The notes under the pieces: generated by a model
Database searches by the model: none
What the model was told of the DNA's origin: nothing
What the model saw: the letters and a program-made list of their open reading frames with translations, nothing else
Shown here: positions 41,142-50,819 of the stretch, in pieces
Numbering within the stretch: the stretch's first letter is position 1
Layout: the number at the start of each line of letters is the position of its first letter
Position numbers and translations under genes: made by a program
Source of the DNA: Candidatus Omnitrophota bacterium
Lineage (GTDB): Bacteria > Omnitrophota > Gorgyraeia > Duberdicusellales > Duberdicusellaceae
Length of the DNA: 64,000 nt
Direction of reading: 5' to 3'
Assembly: GCA_015486615.1 (NCBI GenBank)
Contig: WFRI01000090.1
Location: 1,608 to 65,607, forward strand

Positions 41142-41675
41142 ATGAAAAGGGCTCAGAGTTTAATTGACTATGGGATAATAGTAGGTGTAGCCGCAATAGC
41201 CTTGTCGGCAATGTCAGGGTATATGCAGAGAAGTTTGCAGGCGAAGACAAAAGACCTTGCAGATGTTTTTATTACCAGTAAGCAGAGAGTTGCAGTTAAT
41301 AAAAAAATGGTTTATAACAAGGGCGGGGCAGATGAGCAGGAATTGGCGCCTGCGAACATGTCCGTGTCTGAAACATCTCAGGACGATAGTATATTGGAGA
41401 ATGCCGGAAATCACCGGCATACAGTGAATACGAACAGCCATACCTCCGGAGCCAGTATCTCTCCCAACGAGGACCCGGACAAGGATATAAATACTGTGGA
41501 ACTGCTGGAAAACATTAAATCCGTTCAGAATGCGCAGGCTCAGACTGCTTCTGATGATTTTGCGGATTCCAGCCAGGGCGAGTCTGCGCAGGATAAGGTG
41601 AAAGGCGATTTTTATGCCAATGTCCAGGATAGGGACCAGAATTATATTCGTCCTAATCCTAATAGCCAGGAATGA
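41142..41675 (+). CDS. Pilin-like protein, class III signal (D at +5)
   Basis: KRA|QSLIDY, YMQRSLQAKTKDLAD. Confidence 0.83.
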   Translation: MKRAQSLIDYGIIVGVAAIALSAMSGYMQRSLQAKTKDLADVFITSKQRVAVNKKMVYNKGGADEQELAPANMSVSETSQDDSILENAGNHRHTVNTNSHTSGASISPNEDPDKDINTVELLENIKSVQNAQAQTASDDFADSSQGESAQDKVKGDFYANVQDRDQNYIRPNPNSQE

Positions 41676-41716
41676 GGCGGACGGTGGATATTTTAGGTAA
41701 TAAGAATAATGGATAT

Positions 41717-42388
41717 ATGTTTAGTAAGAAAAAAGCGCAGGCCGCTGTAGAAACCGCGATATTTTCGGTTATACTAATTACGCTGTTTGCTGGTGTGGTA
41801 AATTACGCGGAAGAGATGAATTATGCCCAGATGGGAGCAATGGAAGCATTCCGCAGGGGGTTAAGTTATGCTGATACAAATATTGGTGCTGTTTCTTATT
41901 CTCTGACCCGTCACCGGCGCAGCGCAGACTTAAGTTCTCCCGGCCTTGATTCCGGCCAGAGTGCGGTTTCTTCAGGCTCCGCGAACATTTATTGGCTGGT
42001 AAGCGCTGGTAAGATGACGCCGACAGAAGGAAGTTTTGTGGTTGAGAATAGAGACGGCGCAGAAAAAAACATAAATATGGATGAGTTGTCTAACAAAAAA
42101 GACGTCCGGAAAATGCATTCTACAACACGTCAGGAAAACACTTCTGTTGATTCCCGTTTCCAGACAGGCCAAGGAAGCACTATTGACGAAACATCTTCTG
42201 CCTTTGTGCAGGACAATATTCAGGATTCTTATACGATAGACGGGGTGAAGAAAGACTATCCCGCGCATTTAGAAGTCCAAAAAGGCATATATGATACCCA
42301 GCACACTTTTTATGTATATAAGCCCGGCTTGGGCCAGGGGAAAATAATAAAGCGGCAGCGGCATTGGAATACCCGGGTGGAAAAGTAA
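41717..42388 (+). CDS. TadE-like pseudopilin
   Basis: KKA|QAAVET plus TM; start at ATG 41717. Confidence 0.8.
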   Translation: MFSKKKAQAAVETAIFSVILITLFAGVVNYAEEMNYAQMGAMEAFRRGLSYADTNIGAVSYSLTRHRRSADLSSPGLDSGQSAVSSGSANIYWLVSAGKMTPTEGSFVVENRDGAEKNINMDELSNKKDVRKMHSTTRQENTSVDSRFQTGQGSTIDETSSAFVQDNIQDSYTIDGVKKDYPAHLEVQKGIYDTQHTFYVYKPGLGQGKIIKRQRHWNTRVEK

Positions 42389-42398
42389 AGAGGCGGAT

Positions 42399-42665
42399 AT
42401 GTTTTTAAGAAAAAAATTTGGCCAGGCAGTTTTAGAAGTTTGTGTGATGTTTACTTTAGTGGTTATGCTTATGGTTTTGATGTTGAGAATTTGGAATTGG
42501 ACAATAGTGCCTATTGTCCAGCGCCAAGTGAATTACAATAATACCAGAGTGATTGCCGGCGCGCCCATAGTAGGCAGTTCTTCCAATATCCGCGAGCCGG
42601 TTATTTGGCCGGTATATATTACCCGGCCTTTAGACAAAGATTATTTATTTAAAGGACAGAAATAA
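42399..42665 (+). CDS. TadE-like pseudopilin
   Basis: KFG|QAVLE plus TM. Confidence 0.8.
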   Translation: MFLRKKFGQAVLEVCVMFTLVVMLMVLMLRIWNWTIVPIVQRQVNYNNTRVIAGAPIVGSSSNIREPVIWPVYITRPLDKDYLFKGQK

Positions 42666-44150
42666 ATGTTTAGAACATTTTCTGCTGCTAAAGCCGGGCG
42701 CAGGGGGCAATTGACCCCTTTTTTTATTGTCTTGATAACCGCCTTAGTTATTGCGGCTTTAGTCACCATTAATATCGGCAAAGTGGCTTTGAATAAGACT
42801 TATGTGGCCAATGCTTCTGACGCCGGTTCTTTGGCCGGGGCCTCGGTTATGGCTTCGGTTTTTAACAATATCGCAACAGCCAACAGTCAGATGAAGGTTG
42901 CTTACCAGGATTTTGTAACTACTACAGCCGTGCTTTATGCAGCCGCTTTAGCGGCTTTAATAGTAAGCCATAAAACATCTTTGGCTTCTTTATCTTCAGC
43001 GAAAGCCGCTGCTACAAAAGCTTGCAAAGCGCCTTGTGTGGCAGCAGGCATGGTGGCCACAGCGATAGGTTCGTTAGGGAAAGCCTCTGCGTCTATGGGT
43101 ATATTTATAACTACTTTAAAGTCCATAGGTATAGCAATTACCAGTTTTTCAGTTGCTCAATTGTTTCTCTACAATATTATCAGGAAAATGGCCGCTAAAG
43201 GCAGGAAAGACGCTATTAAACTTGCTTACCGGTATTTGTTTATTAACAGCGGAATAACCAGCCGGTTAAACTCCGGGCAAAGAGATAAGTTTTCTGACTG
43301 GCTGGACTCTTCAGATGTTTCCAACGTTACTTTTGACAAAGCCTCGGCTATGTTTGCGGAGTTTAACCCTTTAATATCCCATATTAAGCAAAGATTTCCG
43401 GTTGCAGGCTCGGGCAGGAGGTATCACTGGAAGGACGGCTGGGAAAAAAATCATATTGTCCAGGGTTTTGTCAAAATAAACAAGGTGGATAAATTTATTG
43501 TCCGGATTACAGCTTTGCCTTATCCTGCTCAAATAGCTTTGTTGATAGGAATGGGGAAAATTGCTTCTGATATTTTGGCGCAGTGGGTAGCAGTGGGCGA
43601 TGGATATGGTTTAGCTGATGATTCCTTAATCGTAGCCTGTGGTTGTGATGATTGTTGCCCTCATCCCGCCTGTTGTGCTTGTAGATCTGCTGCTTGTGCG
43701 GGTGCGGAAGAGGAGTTGGGCATAGATACAGCGGCCCATAGCGCGGCAAATGCGCAAATTATTCGTTTTTTATACCCTCTGCTAACTGAGTCCGGAGTAG
43801 GCCTTGCTCCTGCAGCCTCGCTGCGCAGTTCTTCGGGCTTTAACTTGTCTTGGGCCACAATAGTCTGGATAGACGATGTTGTTCATGACCGCGGTGTGTA
43901 TGTTTTGTCGTTTCAACTTCACCAGGGCAAAGATTTGGGGCTTTGGCAGGAAAAATATCCTGTGCCTTTAAGCTTCTCAGTTGCTGATTTCCGGGGCTCG
44001 GGCAGAATTTCGCCGCCGAAGTTAGGGTTTGACGCCCGGATTGTCCGCACAGATATATCGGGGAAAGGCGCCTTAAGCGCCAGCCAAAGGTTTCCTTTGA
44101 AGATTTTAAGAGGCAATCTAAAACAAAAGGTGCAGGGAGGTGGAAAATGA
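42666..44150 (+). CDS. TadG-like protein with Cys-rich insert
   Basis: RRG|Q, TM, INIGK...NASDAGSLAGA Tad N-terminal motif. Confidence 0.82.
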   Translation: MFRTFSAAKAGRRGQLTPFFIVLITALVIAALVTINIGKVALNKTYVANASDAGSLAGASVMASVFNNIATANSQMKVAYQDFVTTTAVLYAAALAALIVSHKTSLASLSSAKAAATKACKAPCVAAGMVATAIGSLGKASASMGIFITTLKSIGIAITSFSVAQLFLYNIIRKMAAKGRKDAIKLAYRYLFINSGITSRLNSGQRDKFSDWLDSSDVSNVTFDKASAMFAEFNPLISHIKQRFPVAGSGRRYHWKDGWEKNHIVQGFVKINKVDKFIVRITALPYPAQIALLIGMGKIASDILAQWVAVGDGYGLADDSLIVACGCDDCCPHPACCACRSAACAGAEEELGIDTAAHSAANAQIIRFLYPLLTESGVGLAPAASLRSSSGFNLSWATIVWIDDVVHDRGVYVLSFQLHQGKDLGLWQEKYPVPLSFSVADFRGSGRISPPKLGFDARIVRTDISGKGALSASQRFPLKILRGNLKQKVQGGGK

Positions 44151-45079
44151 AGCGGTATTTTTTATGCCTTACCATTTTTTTAATGTTTAACACGGCCGGT
44201 GCTTCGATGCTGGATGATTTAAAAAATGTATTTAACCCTAAATCTTTCCCTTTGCCGGAACAGACAAAGGTTTTGAGAAAAGCCCGAACCATGCAGACAG
44301 GAGACATAACTGTTACCAGCACTATTTATACCAGTTCTTTGACGCAGAAGCAGGTCAAAGAATTTTTCCTGAAACATCTTCCCGGATACGGCTGGCAGTA
44401 TGTGGATATTCGGTCTAAATTAAAGGGAGTACAGCAGGCGTTTCCTAACCAAAAAATGGAAAAAATGGAGAATTCTATAACAAATTCACTTGATACTCTT
44501 GGCTCACAGTTGTATTTTACCAATTCCCGGGGCAATAGTTTAACAATAATGTTTATGGACCGCGGGCAAAATCCCTCCGGGGTTGATTTTGTAGTGAGTT
44601 TTTCGCAGGGAAAATCTTTATCTTTTATCAACCAGGAGTTAAACGAAGTTTTTCCGGTTGAGCCGCGGAAAATATCCGGTGTTCCTTTATATCCCAATGC
44701 CCGGCAGGTATATTTTCAAAAAGGCGGCAGTTCTATAACTGCAGGCTATACTACCTCTGACAGCATAGAGACGGTAGCCGGATTTTATGTTGAAAAAATG
44801 CCTAATTACGGCTGGGAATATTCGGATTTAACCGGCAGGATGAATGCGGCTTTGGACAAAGAGGCATTGAAAAAAAGTCTGGCCGCTGCAGAAGAGGATA
44901 ATTCCGGAAGCTGCCCGTCTTGTCCCGGAAAAGGAATTTCATCTCAAGCCGCACAGTATATAGACAATATGCGGATGAAAAGCATAGTTTTTCAAAAGGG
45001 AAAATCTCTCTGTGTTGTTTCCTTGTCCGGCATTGCCGGCGGCGAGACTAACATAACTGTTTTTTACCGGAATCCGTAA
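44147..45079 (+). CDS. Secreted protein with two internal repeat domains
   Basis: Sec signal; VKEFF...LP.YGW and VAGFY...MP.YGW repeats; CPSCP. Confidence 0.75.
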   Translation: MKRYFLCLTIFLMFNTAGASMLDDLKNVFNPKSFPLPEQTKVLRKARTMQTGDITVTSTIYTSSLTQKQVKEFFLKHLPGYGWQYVDIRSKLKGVQQAFPNQKMEKMENSITNSLDTLGSQLYFTNSRGNSLTIMFMDRGQNPSGVDFVVSFSQGKSLSFINQELNEVFPVEPRKISGVPLYPNARQVYFQKGGSSITAGYTTSDSIETVAGFYVEKMPNYGWEYSDLTGRMNAALDKEALKKSLAAAEEDNSGSCPSCPGKGISSQAAQYIDNMRMKSIVFQKGKSLCVVSLSGIAGGETNITVFYRNP

Positions 45080-45090
45080 AAAGGAGGAGC

Positions 45091-45297
45091 ATGCTTAGGA
45101 AAGCCCAGACATTTTTAGGTTATGTGGTTTTGACAGTGATAATAGTAGCAGCGTTTTACGCAATGAGCGTGTTTCTAAGAGGTGTCTTTGGCGGCAGATA
45201 TAAAAGCACTGCTGACACTATTGGCTCTGGCGAGCAGTTTGATATTCACAATATGGATAATTACTCAGATGACCAGATAGAGGTGATTAACCGATAA
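45091..45297 (+). CDS. Small pilin-like protein (G at +5)
   Basis: RKA|QTFLGY, FLRG..GGRYKSTAD.IG. Confidence 0.8.
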   Translation: MLRKAQTFLGYVVLTVIIVAAFYAMSVFLRGVFGGRYKSTADTIGSGEQFDIHNMDNYSDDQIEVINR

Positions 45298-45358
45298 AAA
45301 GACGCTGGCGCGTTTTTTAACACCTCGGGGGCGGAAGATTAAATGCAAAGTGCAAAAT
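45296..45358 (+). repeat. Dispersed palindromic element, copy 3
   Basis: AAAAAGACGC-TGGC-GCGTTTTTT AACACCTCGGGGGCGGAA..AAATGCAAAGTGCAAAAT. Confidence 0.8.
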
Positions 45359-45430
45359 GGCCCCGAAAAAAATGTTTCGCAATTTAACCCCTATTCCTTT
45401 TTCTCTGCCGTGTGGTAAAATAAGTCCGTT

Positions 45431-46276
45431 ATGGTTGGATTAATGTTATTATGCCTTTTTGGTCTGGTTTTTCTGACGGCTTACTTTGGAGTTCCCTGGA
45501 TTGTTAAGACCTGGAAAGAGGCTGAGCAGGAAAGGGCTGCGGAAGACAAGGCGGATTTGGAGAATATGTTTATTTTTGGCCGGCAGAAAATTTTAGCCCT
45601 GCTTTATATTATTATCCCTGTTGTCTTAGGAGCAGCATTATATTTTGTTTATAAGAACACCTGGTTTATTGTGGTTGGGATTATTGCCGGGTTTGCTGCG
45701 CCTTTATCTGCTATACGGGTAAAAAAATCCCTGCGCAGGAAGGCTTTTCATAATCAGTTGATAGATGCTTTGCTTATAATGAATAGTTGTTTGAAAGGAG
45801 GCTTGAGTTTAATCCAGGCGTTTGAAGTTTTAGCCGAAGAAATGCCTTCGCCTATGCATGATGAGATAACTTTGCTTTTAAGAGAGCACAAGTTGGGCGT
45901 TCCTATAGAAGAGGCATTAGAGAGGTTTAACAGCCGTATGTATTCAGAAGAATTAGGCCTTATTGTGAGTGCAATTTTAGTTGCCAGGGAAACAGGCGGG
46001 GATTTGACCCGGGTTTTTTCGCGGCTAATCACTACTATCCGGGACAGGTTCAAATTAAAAGAGATGATAAATACCCTTAGCCTGCAAGGCCGGCTTCAGG
46101 GTATTATTATGGCTGTTATTCCTTTTCTTTTTGCCTGGTTTGTCTTCAGGACCAATCCGCACCATTTTGATATAATGTTTGAAACCGACATAGGCAGAAT
46201 TCTCTTAGGAGTGGCAGTTTTTCTGAATATTTTAGGGGCATTTTTAATCAGGAAGTTTAGTATAATAAAAGCATAA
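45431..46276 (+). CDS. tadB: TadB (T2SSF family)
   Basis: QL.DAL....L.GGLSL.QA, RETGGDL, QGRLQ. Confidence 0.92.
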   Translation: MVGLMLLCLFGLVFLTAYFGVPWIVKTWKEAEQERAAEDKADLENMFIFGRQKILALLYIIIPVVLGAALYFVYKNTWFIVVGIIAGFAAPLSAIRVKKSLRRKAFHNQLIDALLIMNSCLKGGLSLIQAFEVLAEEMPSPMHDEITLLLREHKLGVPIEEALERFNSRMYSEELGLIVSAILVARETGGDLTRVFSRLITTIRDRFKLKEMINTLSLQGRLQGIIMAVIPFLFAWFVFRTNPHHFDIMFETDIGRILLGVAVFLNILGAFLIRKFSIIKA

Positions 46277-46280
46277 AATT

Positions 46281-47147
46281 ATGGAAACCCTTTTGTTGTT
46301 TTTAATATCTGCTGCCGCCATATACTTTGTTTTGTTAAGTATGGGCGGGAAAGAAGAGGATGTCTCTTTGGCCGAGAGGATAGCCCCCGGCGGCGGGCCG
46401 CCGGAGAAAAAGAAAGAATCTCTGCTTTCAGTTTTTGCGCCGGTTAACGAAGTAATTCTTAAAAAGTTAAGGCTTAAGCCTTATTATCAGCAGAGGCTTT
46501 ACTTTTTGAGGAAGAGGTATAACTGGACTCCTGCGGAATTCTTTGCTTTGAAGTTTTTAAGTGCAGCAGGTTTTGTTGCCATATCTTTAACTTTAGGCTT
46601 AAGAATCGGACCGTTGTTTTGGCTGGGATTTGTTATTTTCTTTTTTCTGCCGGATTTTTGGCTGAATGCCCAGGTTAAGAAAAACAAAGAAGCCATTAGG
46701 CGCTGGCTTCCTGAAACTGTGGATCTTTTATATCTTTGTGTAAGCGCCGGCCTGGATTTTCTTTCGGCTTTAAAATGGATTCTGCGTAAAAGCCGCACCA
46801 ATCCTATGCTTGAGGAATTAAAAGTTGTTTTAGATGAGATTAATGTCGGCAAAGGCAGGGTTCAAACATTGAGAGATATGAGTAAACGTATAGGCATACC
46901 AGATGTATCTTCTTTTGTGCAGGGGATTATTCAGGCAGAGAGAATGGGGACACCTGTTGCCGAAGCGTTTACGATTATTTCCGAAGATTCCCGTTACCGC
47001 CGTCTGCAGAGAGGCGAGCGTCAGGCGTATAAATCGCCTTTGAAAATATTAATTCCGCTTATTTTCTGTATCCTGCCCACGGTTTTAATAGTAGTTGCCG
47101 GGCCTATTTTTATTCGTTTTATGCAGGGAGGATTTCCGAAATTTTAA
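46281..47147 (+). CDS. tadC: TadC (T2SSF family)
   Basis: LPETVDLL...V.AGL, QAERMGTP, KILIPL.FCILP. Confidence 0.92.
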   Translation: METLLLFLISAAAIYFVLLSMGGKEEDVSLAERIAPGGGPPEKKKESLLSVFAPVNEVILKKLRLKPYYQQRLYFLRKRYNWTPAEFFALKFLSAAGFVAISLTLGLRIGPLFWLGFVIFFFLPDFWLNAQVKKNKEAIRRWLPETVDLLYLCVSAGLDFLSALKWILRKSRTNPMLEELKVVLDEINVGKGRVQTLRDMSKRIGIPDVSSFVQGIIQAERMGTPVAEAFTIISEDSRYRRLQRGERQAYKSPLKILIPLIFCILPTVLIVVAGPIFIRFMQGGFPKF

Positions 47148-47193
47148 ACAAAATAACTTGCCAAATCTGTTAAAACCACTATAATTTGCTCTT

Positions 47194-48834
47194 ATGGAAA
47201 ATGTACTTTTTCTTATAGGCTTGGCTTTAGTATTGGGTGTTTTTGGGGGGAGGATCTTTAGATTTTTCCGTATTCCTCAAGTAGTAGGCTACATTATAAT
47301 AGGTGTTCTCATTGGCAGGAGCGGGTTTAATCTTTGGCCGGTATCTTTTACCCATACTCTCTCACCTTTAATTCAGTTCATTTTGGGCCTTATAGGCTTT
47401 TTAATCGGCGGCGAACTAAAAGGAGAAGTTTTTAAAAAGTACGGCAGGACCATTTACACTATTTTGATAAGCGAAGGAGTTGCAGCCTTTCTATTCGTTG
47501 CCGCTGCGGTTTTTCTACTGACCAAAGATTTGTATTTAGGTCTGCTTTTAGGCGCGATTGCTTCTGCTACTGACCCGGCTTCAACTGTAAGTGTGCTCTG
47601 GGAATATAAATCCCGCGGGCCTCTTACCACTACTTTAACTTCAATTGTAGCCTTAGATGATGCGTTAGCACTTATCCTTTATGGGTTTACTTTGGTATTC
47701 TGTAAATCTATGCTTGGCAAAGGCAGTTTTTCTTTATCTCATTCTATAATAGATCCGGTTGTTGAGATTGTTAAATCTTGTATTATAGGCGGCAGTATCG
47801 GGTATGCGCTTTCATGGGTAGTTAAAAAATCAAAAGATGAGGATGTAGTTTTTTCTTTTTGTTTAGGCGGCATACTTGCAGTAGTCGGTATATCGCTTGT
47901 CCTCAATCTGGACTTAATACTTTCCAGTATGATGATGGGTTTTGTTTTGGTGAATACAGTCCCGCAGTTGAGTCGGAAATTGTTTGATTTGGTTAAAAAA
48001 ACGTCCGAGCCGTTATATGTACTTTTCTTTATTTTTATCGGCGCTGAGCTTAATATGGCGGTTTTTCTCAAAACAACAGTTATTTTTGTAGTGTTAGGAT
48101 ATTTAGTTGCCAGAAGCACCGGGAAAATAATCGGTGCTACTTTCGGTGCGGCAGTATCTAAGGCCAAAAAAGCAGTTGTCCGCTGGACAGGTATTTGCTT
48201 GTTTACTCAGGGAGGAGTGGCTATTGGCCTGGCTATGTCCATAAGCCATAGTTTGTCTTATATGGGCAAAGAAGGCGCATTTTTGGGTCCGACTATTGTT
48301 GCTATTGTTGCTGCGACTACTATTGTTGTTCAGCTTTTAGGCCCGGTTTTGGTTAAAGTAGGTATTAATAAGGCAGGCGAGATTGGCAGGAATGTTACTG
48401 AAGATGACGTGATGTCTTCGTTAAAAGTTAAAGATGTAATGGACAAAGACTTTCCTTCTATACAGAAAGACGCGACTTTGGACAAGATTATGGAGGTTAT
48501 AAAGAATACAGACGTTTACCATTACCCTGTTGTCAGCAAATCTGGGGATTTAGTCGGAGTTATTTCGTTGGGAGAACTGAGGAAATCGTTTTTGGAGGCC
48601 CAGTTGAGCAAACTGATAGTTGCTGAAGATGTTGCGGAGTTGCCGGTGGAAGTTTTATCGGAAGAAGTGCCTCTTATATCTGCGCAGGAGATTTTTGAAA
48701 AGCGGGGGGTGGATTTTCTGCCGGTTGTAAAATCTCCAGGGTCTTTAAAAATCACCGGCATTTTGCATTCGCGTGTTTTAAGGGATACTATTCACAGAAG
48801 ACTTGTAGAAATCCAGACCAGCATTGACTCTTGA
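47194..48834 (+). CDS. Cation:proton antiporter with C-terminal CBS pair
   Basis: ATDPA, VALDDA, multiple TMs, two CBS domains. Confidence 0.9.
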   Translation: MENVLFLIGLALVLGVFGGRIFRFFRIPQVVGYIIIGVLIGRSGFNLWPVSFTHTLSPLIQFILGLIGFLIGGELKGEVFKKYGRTIYTILISEGVAAFLFVAAAVFLLTKDLYLGLLLGAIASATDPASTVSVLWEYKSRGPLTTTLTSIVALDDALALILYGFTLVFCKSMLGKGSFSLSHSIIDPVVEIVKSCIIGGSIGYALSWVVKKSKDEDVVFSFCLGGILAVVGISLVLNLDLILSSMMMGFVLVNTVPQLSRKLFDLVKKTSEPLYVLFFIFIGAELNMAVFLKTTVIFVVLGYLVARSTGKIIGATFGAAVSKAKKAVVRWTGICLFTQGGVAIGLAMSISHSLSYMGKEGAFLGPTIVAIVAATTIVVQLLGPVLVKVGINKAGEIGRNVTEDDVMSSLKVKDVMDKDFPSIQKDATLDKIMEVIKNTDVYHYPVVSKSGDLVGVISLGELRKSFLEAQLSKLIVAEDVAELPVEVLSEEVPLISAQEIFEKRGVDFLPVVKSPGSLKITGILHSRVLRDTIHRRLVEIQTSIDS

Positions 48835-48976
48835 TATATGATAGAGGGTAAGATTTTTGGCATGGTGAAATTTATTTGGGGATTTAATTTATTCAAATTA
48901 CGCTTTAACTGCCGTTTAGAGATATAGTTAAATCAAAATTTAAAAAGATTTTTGATTTTCTCTACCAGGAGGCGGT

Positions 48977-50011
48977 ATGAATATTATTCTGTCTGATTTT
49001 AAACACGGCCTGCTTATTACGGTTTTTGTTTTTGTGATGATGATATTTGTTGATTATTTAGAAGTAGTAAGCAGAGGAGGGCTAAGCAGGTTTATTAAGG
49101 GCAGTAAATCCCGGCAGTATGTTACTGCTTCTTTTTTAGGCGCTTTGCCGGGATGTTTAGGCTCTTTTATGAATGTTTCTTTTTATATCCATGGGCTTAT
49201 TAGTTTTGGGGCTATAGTAGCCGGTATGGTGGCTACTTGTGGAGATGAGGCGTTTGTTATGCTGGCAATGTTTCCCCAAAAAGCGTTATTCTTGTTTGGG
49301 GTATTGTTTATGTTAGGTATAGTTTCAGGCTATGGGTCTGATGCTTTGATTAAATTATTTAAAATCCAGACTTGTAAAAACTGCCAATTGCCTTCAGATA
49401 TGCATCATGATCCTGTTATTTGCCACCCTTTAGGCTGGAGGGAGATTTTGGGAAATTTTCAAAAATTGTCTTTTTCCAGATTTTTGCTTCTGTTAATTCT
49501 CATTGGGGCGTTTGTTGGGATTATAACCGGCAATATAGGCCCGGGCTGTTGGGATTGGAAAAGATGGACTTTTCTGAGTTTAGTCGGCCTTGGATTATTT
49601 ATCGTTGTCAGCGTAAACGACCATTATTTAGAGACGCATATTTGGCAGCATATTGCTAAAAAACACCTTTTGCGGATTTTTCTGTGGAGTTTTGGAGCCT
49701 TGCTGGCAGTGGATTTAGGCCTTAAAGGCTGGAATTTGGAAGGATTTATTAAGGCCCATATGGTATGGGTGGTTTTTCTTGCCGGGCTTCTGGGGATTAT
49801 TCCTGAATCCGGGCCCCACCTTATTTTTGTTATGATGTTTGCCCGGGGACTGATACCCTTTTCTGTGCTGCTTGCCAGTTCTATTGTCCAGGACGGTCAT
49901 GGAATGCTGCCGCTTTTTTCTTATTCTTTAAAAGATTCTCTGCTGGTAAAACTTTTTAATTTGATTTTTGGCTTAGGGATAGGGCTGGGCCTTTATGCGC
50001 TGGGCTTTTAA
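48977..50011 (+). CDS. Putative manganese/heavy-metal transporter (DUF2899-like)
   Basis: LG.LPGC.G, AT.GDEAFV, GIIPESGPH, QDGHG.LP. Confidence 0.8.
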   Translation: MNIILSDFKHGLLITVFVFVMMIFVDYLEVVSRGGLSRFIKGSKSRQYVTASFLGALPGCLGSFMNVSFYIHGLISFGAIVAGMVATCGDEAFVMLAMFPQKALFLFGVLFMLGIVSGYGSDALIKLFKIQTCKNCQLPSDMHHDPVICHPLGWREILGNFQKLSFSRFLLLLILIGAFVGIITGNIGPGCWDWKRWTFLSLVGLGLFIVVSVNDHYLETHIWQHIAKKHLLRIFLWSFGALLAVDLGLKGWNLEGFIKAHMVWVVFLAGLLGIIPESGPHLIFVMMFARGLIPFSVLLASSIVQDGHGMLPLFSYSLKDSLLVKLFNLIFGLGIGLGLYALGF

Positions 50012-50339
50012 GCAGGGTGTAAAAGACAATAAAAAACTTGCATTATTGCCAATGTATGTATAATAAATACCGGAGTGTTTTTTGAGTTTTTGGATTTTGG
50101 GGAGTTTTTGACTAACAAGCATATTTCCGCTTTTCGCACTTGCCCTGCTCTGCTGTATGTCCTGCGAATTCCCCCGATGTTGAGATTAAATACTTAAATG
50201 CATTTAAAAACATATTGTTGAATATATCTGCGTCTTGCGGGGAAGTTGTAAGTTTTTTAGAAAGGAGGAATTGTATGAGTGGTTGATGTGTAATATGGGG
50301 AGAATTTTAGCGATAACAATATTCAGAAAGGAAAGAAAA

Positions 50340-50654
50340 ATGGAAGAAAAAAACAAAGTTTATGTGGGCAATTTAGAGTATGGTGTAACTGAAGAAAGTT
50401 TAAAAGAAGCGTTTGAGTCTAAAGGTATCCAGATCAGCGAGGCAAAAATTATCAAAGATAAATTTACCGGCAAGTCTAAAGGCTTTGGTTTTGTGGAAGT
50501 GCCTTCGGAAGAGGATATTCAAAAAGCCATAGATGGTTTGGACGGCCAGGATTTAAACGGCCGTAAATTAAAGGTCAGCAAGGCACGCAGGCCCAGGTCA
50601 AATTTTGACCGGCCTAACAGAGGCATGCATTCTGGTAACAGGTTTGGCTATTAA
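50340..50654 (+). CDS. RRM RNA-binding protein
   Basis: RNP2 VYVGNL, RNP1 KGFGFVE. Confidence 0.95.
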   Translation: MEEKNKVYVGNLEYGVTEESLKEAFESKGIQISEAKIIKDKFTGKSKGFGFVEVPSEEDIQKAIDGLDGQDLNGRKLKVSKARRPRSNFDRPNRGMHSGNRFGY

Positions 50655-50675
50655 TTAAAATTGCCGGCGGAAAGC

Positions 50676-50702
50676 AAAAAGGGCGGTTTATCCGCCCTTT
50701 TT
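50676..50702. terminator. Intrinsic terminator
   Basis: AAAAAGGGCGG-TTTAT-CCGCCCTTTTT. Confidence 0.9.
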
Positions 50703-50707
50703 ATTTC

Positions 50708-50735
50708 TTGACAAAGAACCGACAGTGATTATAAT
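50708..50735 (+). promoter_or_regulatory. sigma70-type promoter of the Na/Pi transporter
   Basis: TTGACA-16-TATAAT. Confidence 0.8.
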
Positions 50736-50819
50736 CTCTCTGTGATTTTATCCTGCGTTCCCCTTTTAATTTAGCAGACGGGATCACTGACAGTTCAGAG
50801 ATAATTTTATTATTTTTTT

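Noticed and set aside
43630-43700. Selenocysteine or recoding in the Cys-rich stretch
   Set aside because: The TGA triplets are out of frame and the ORF is open
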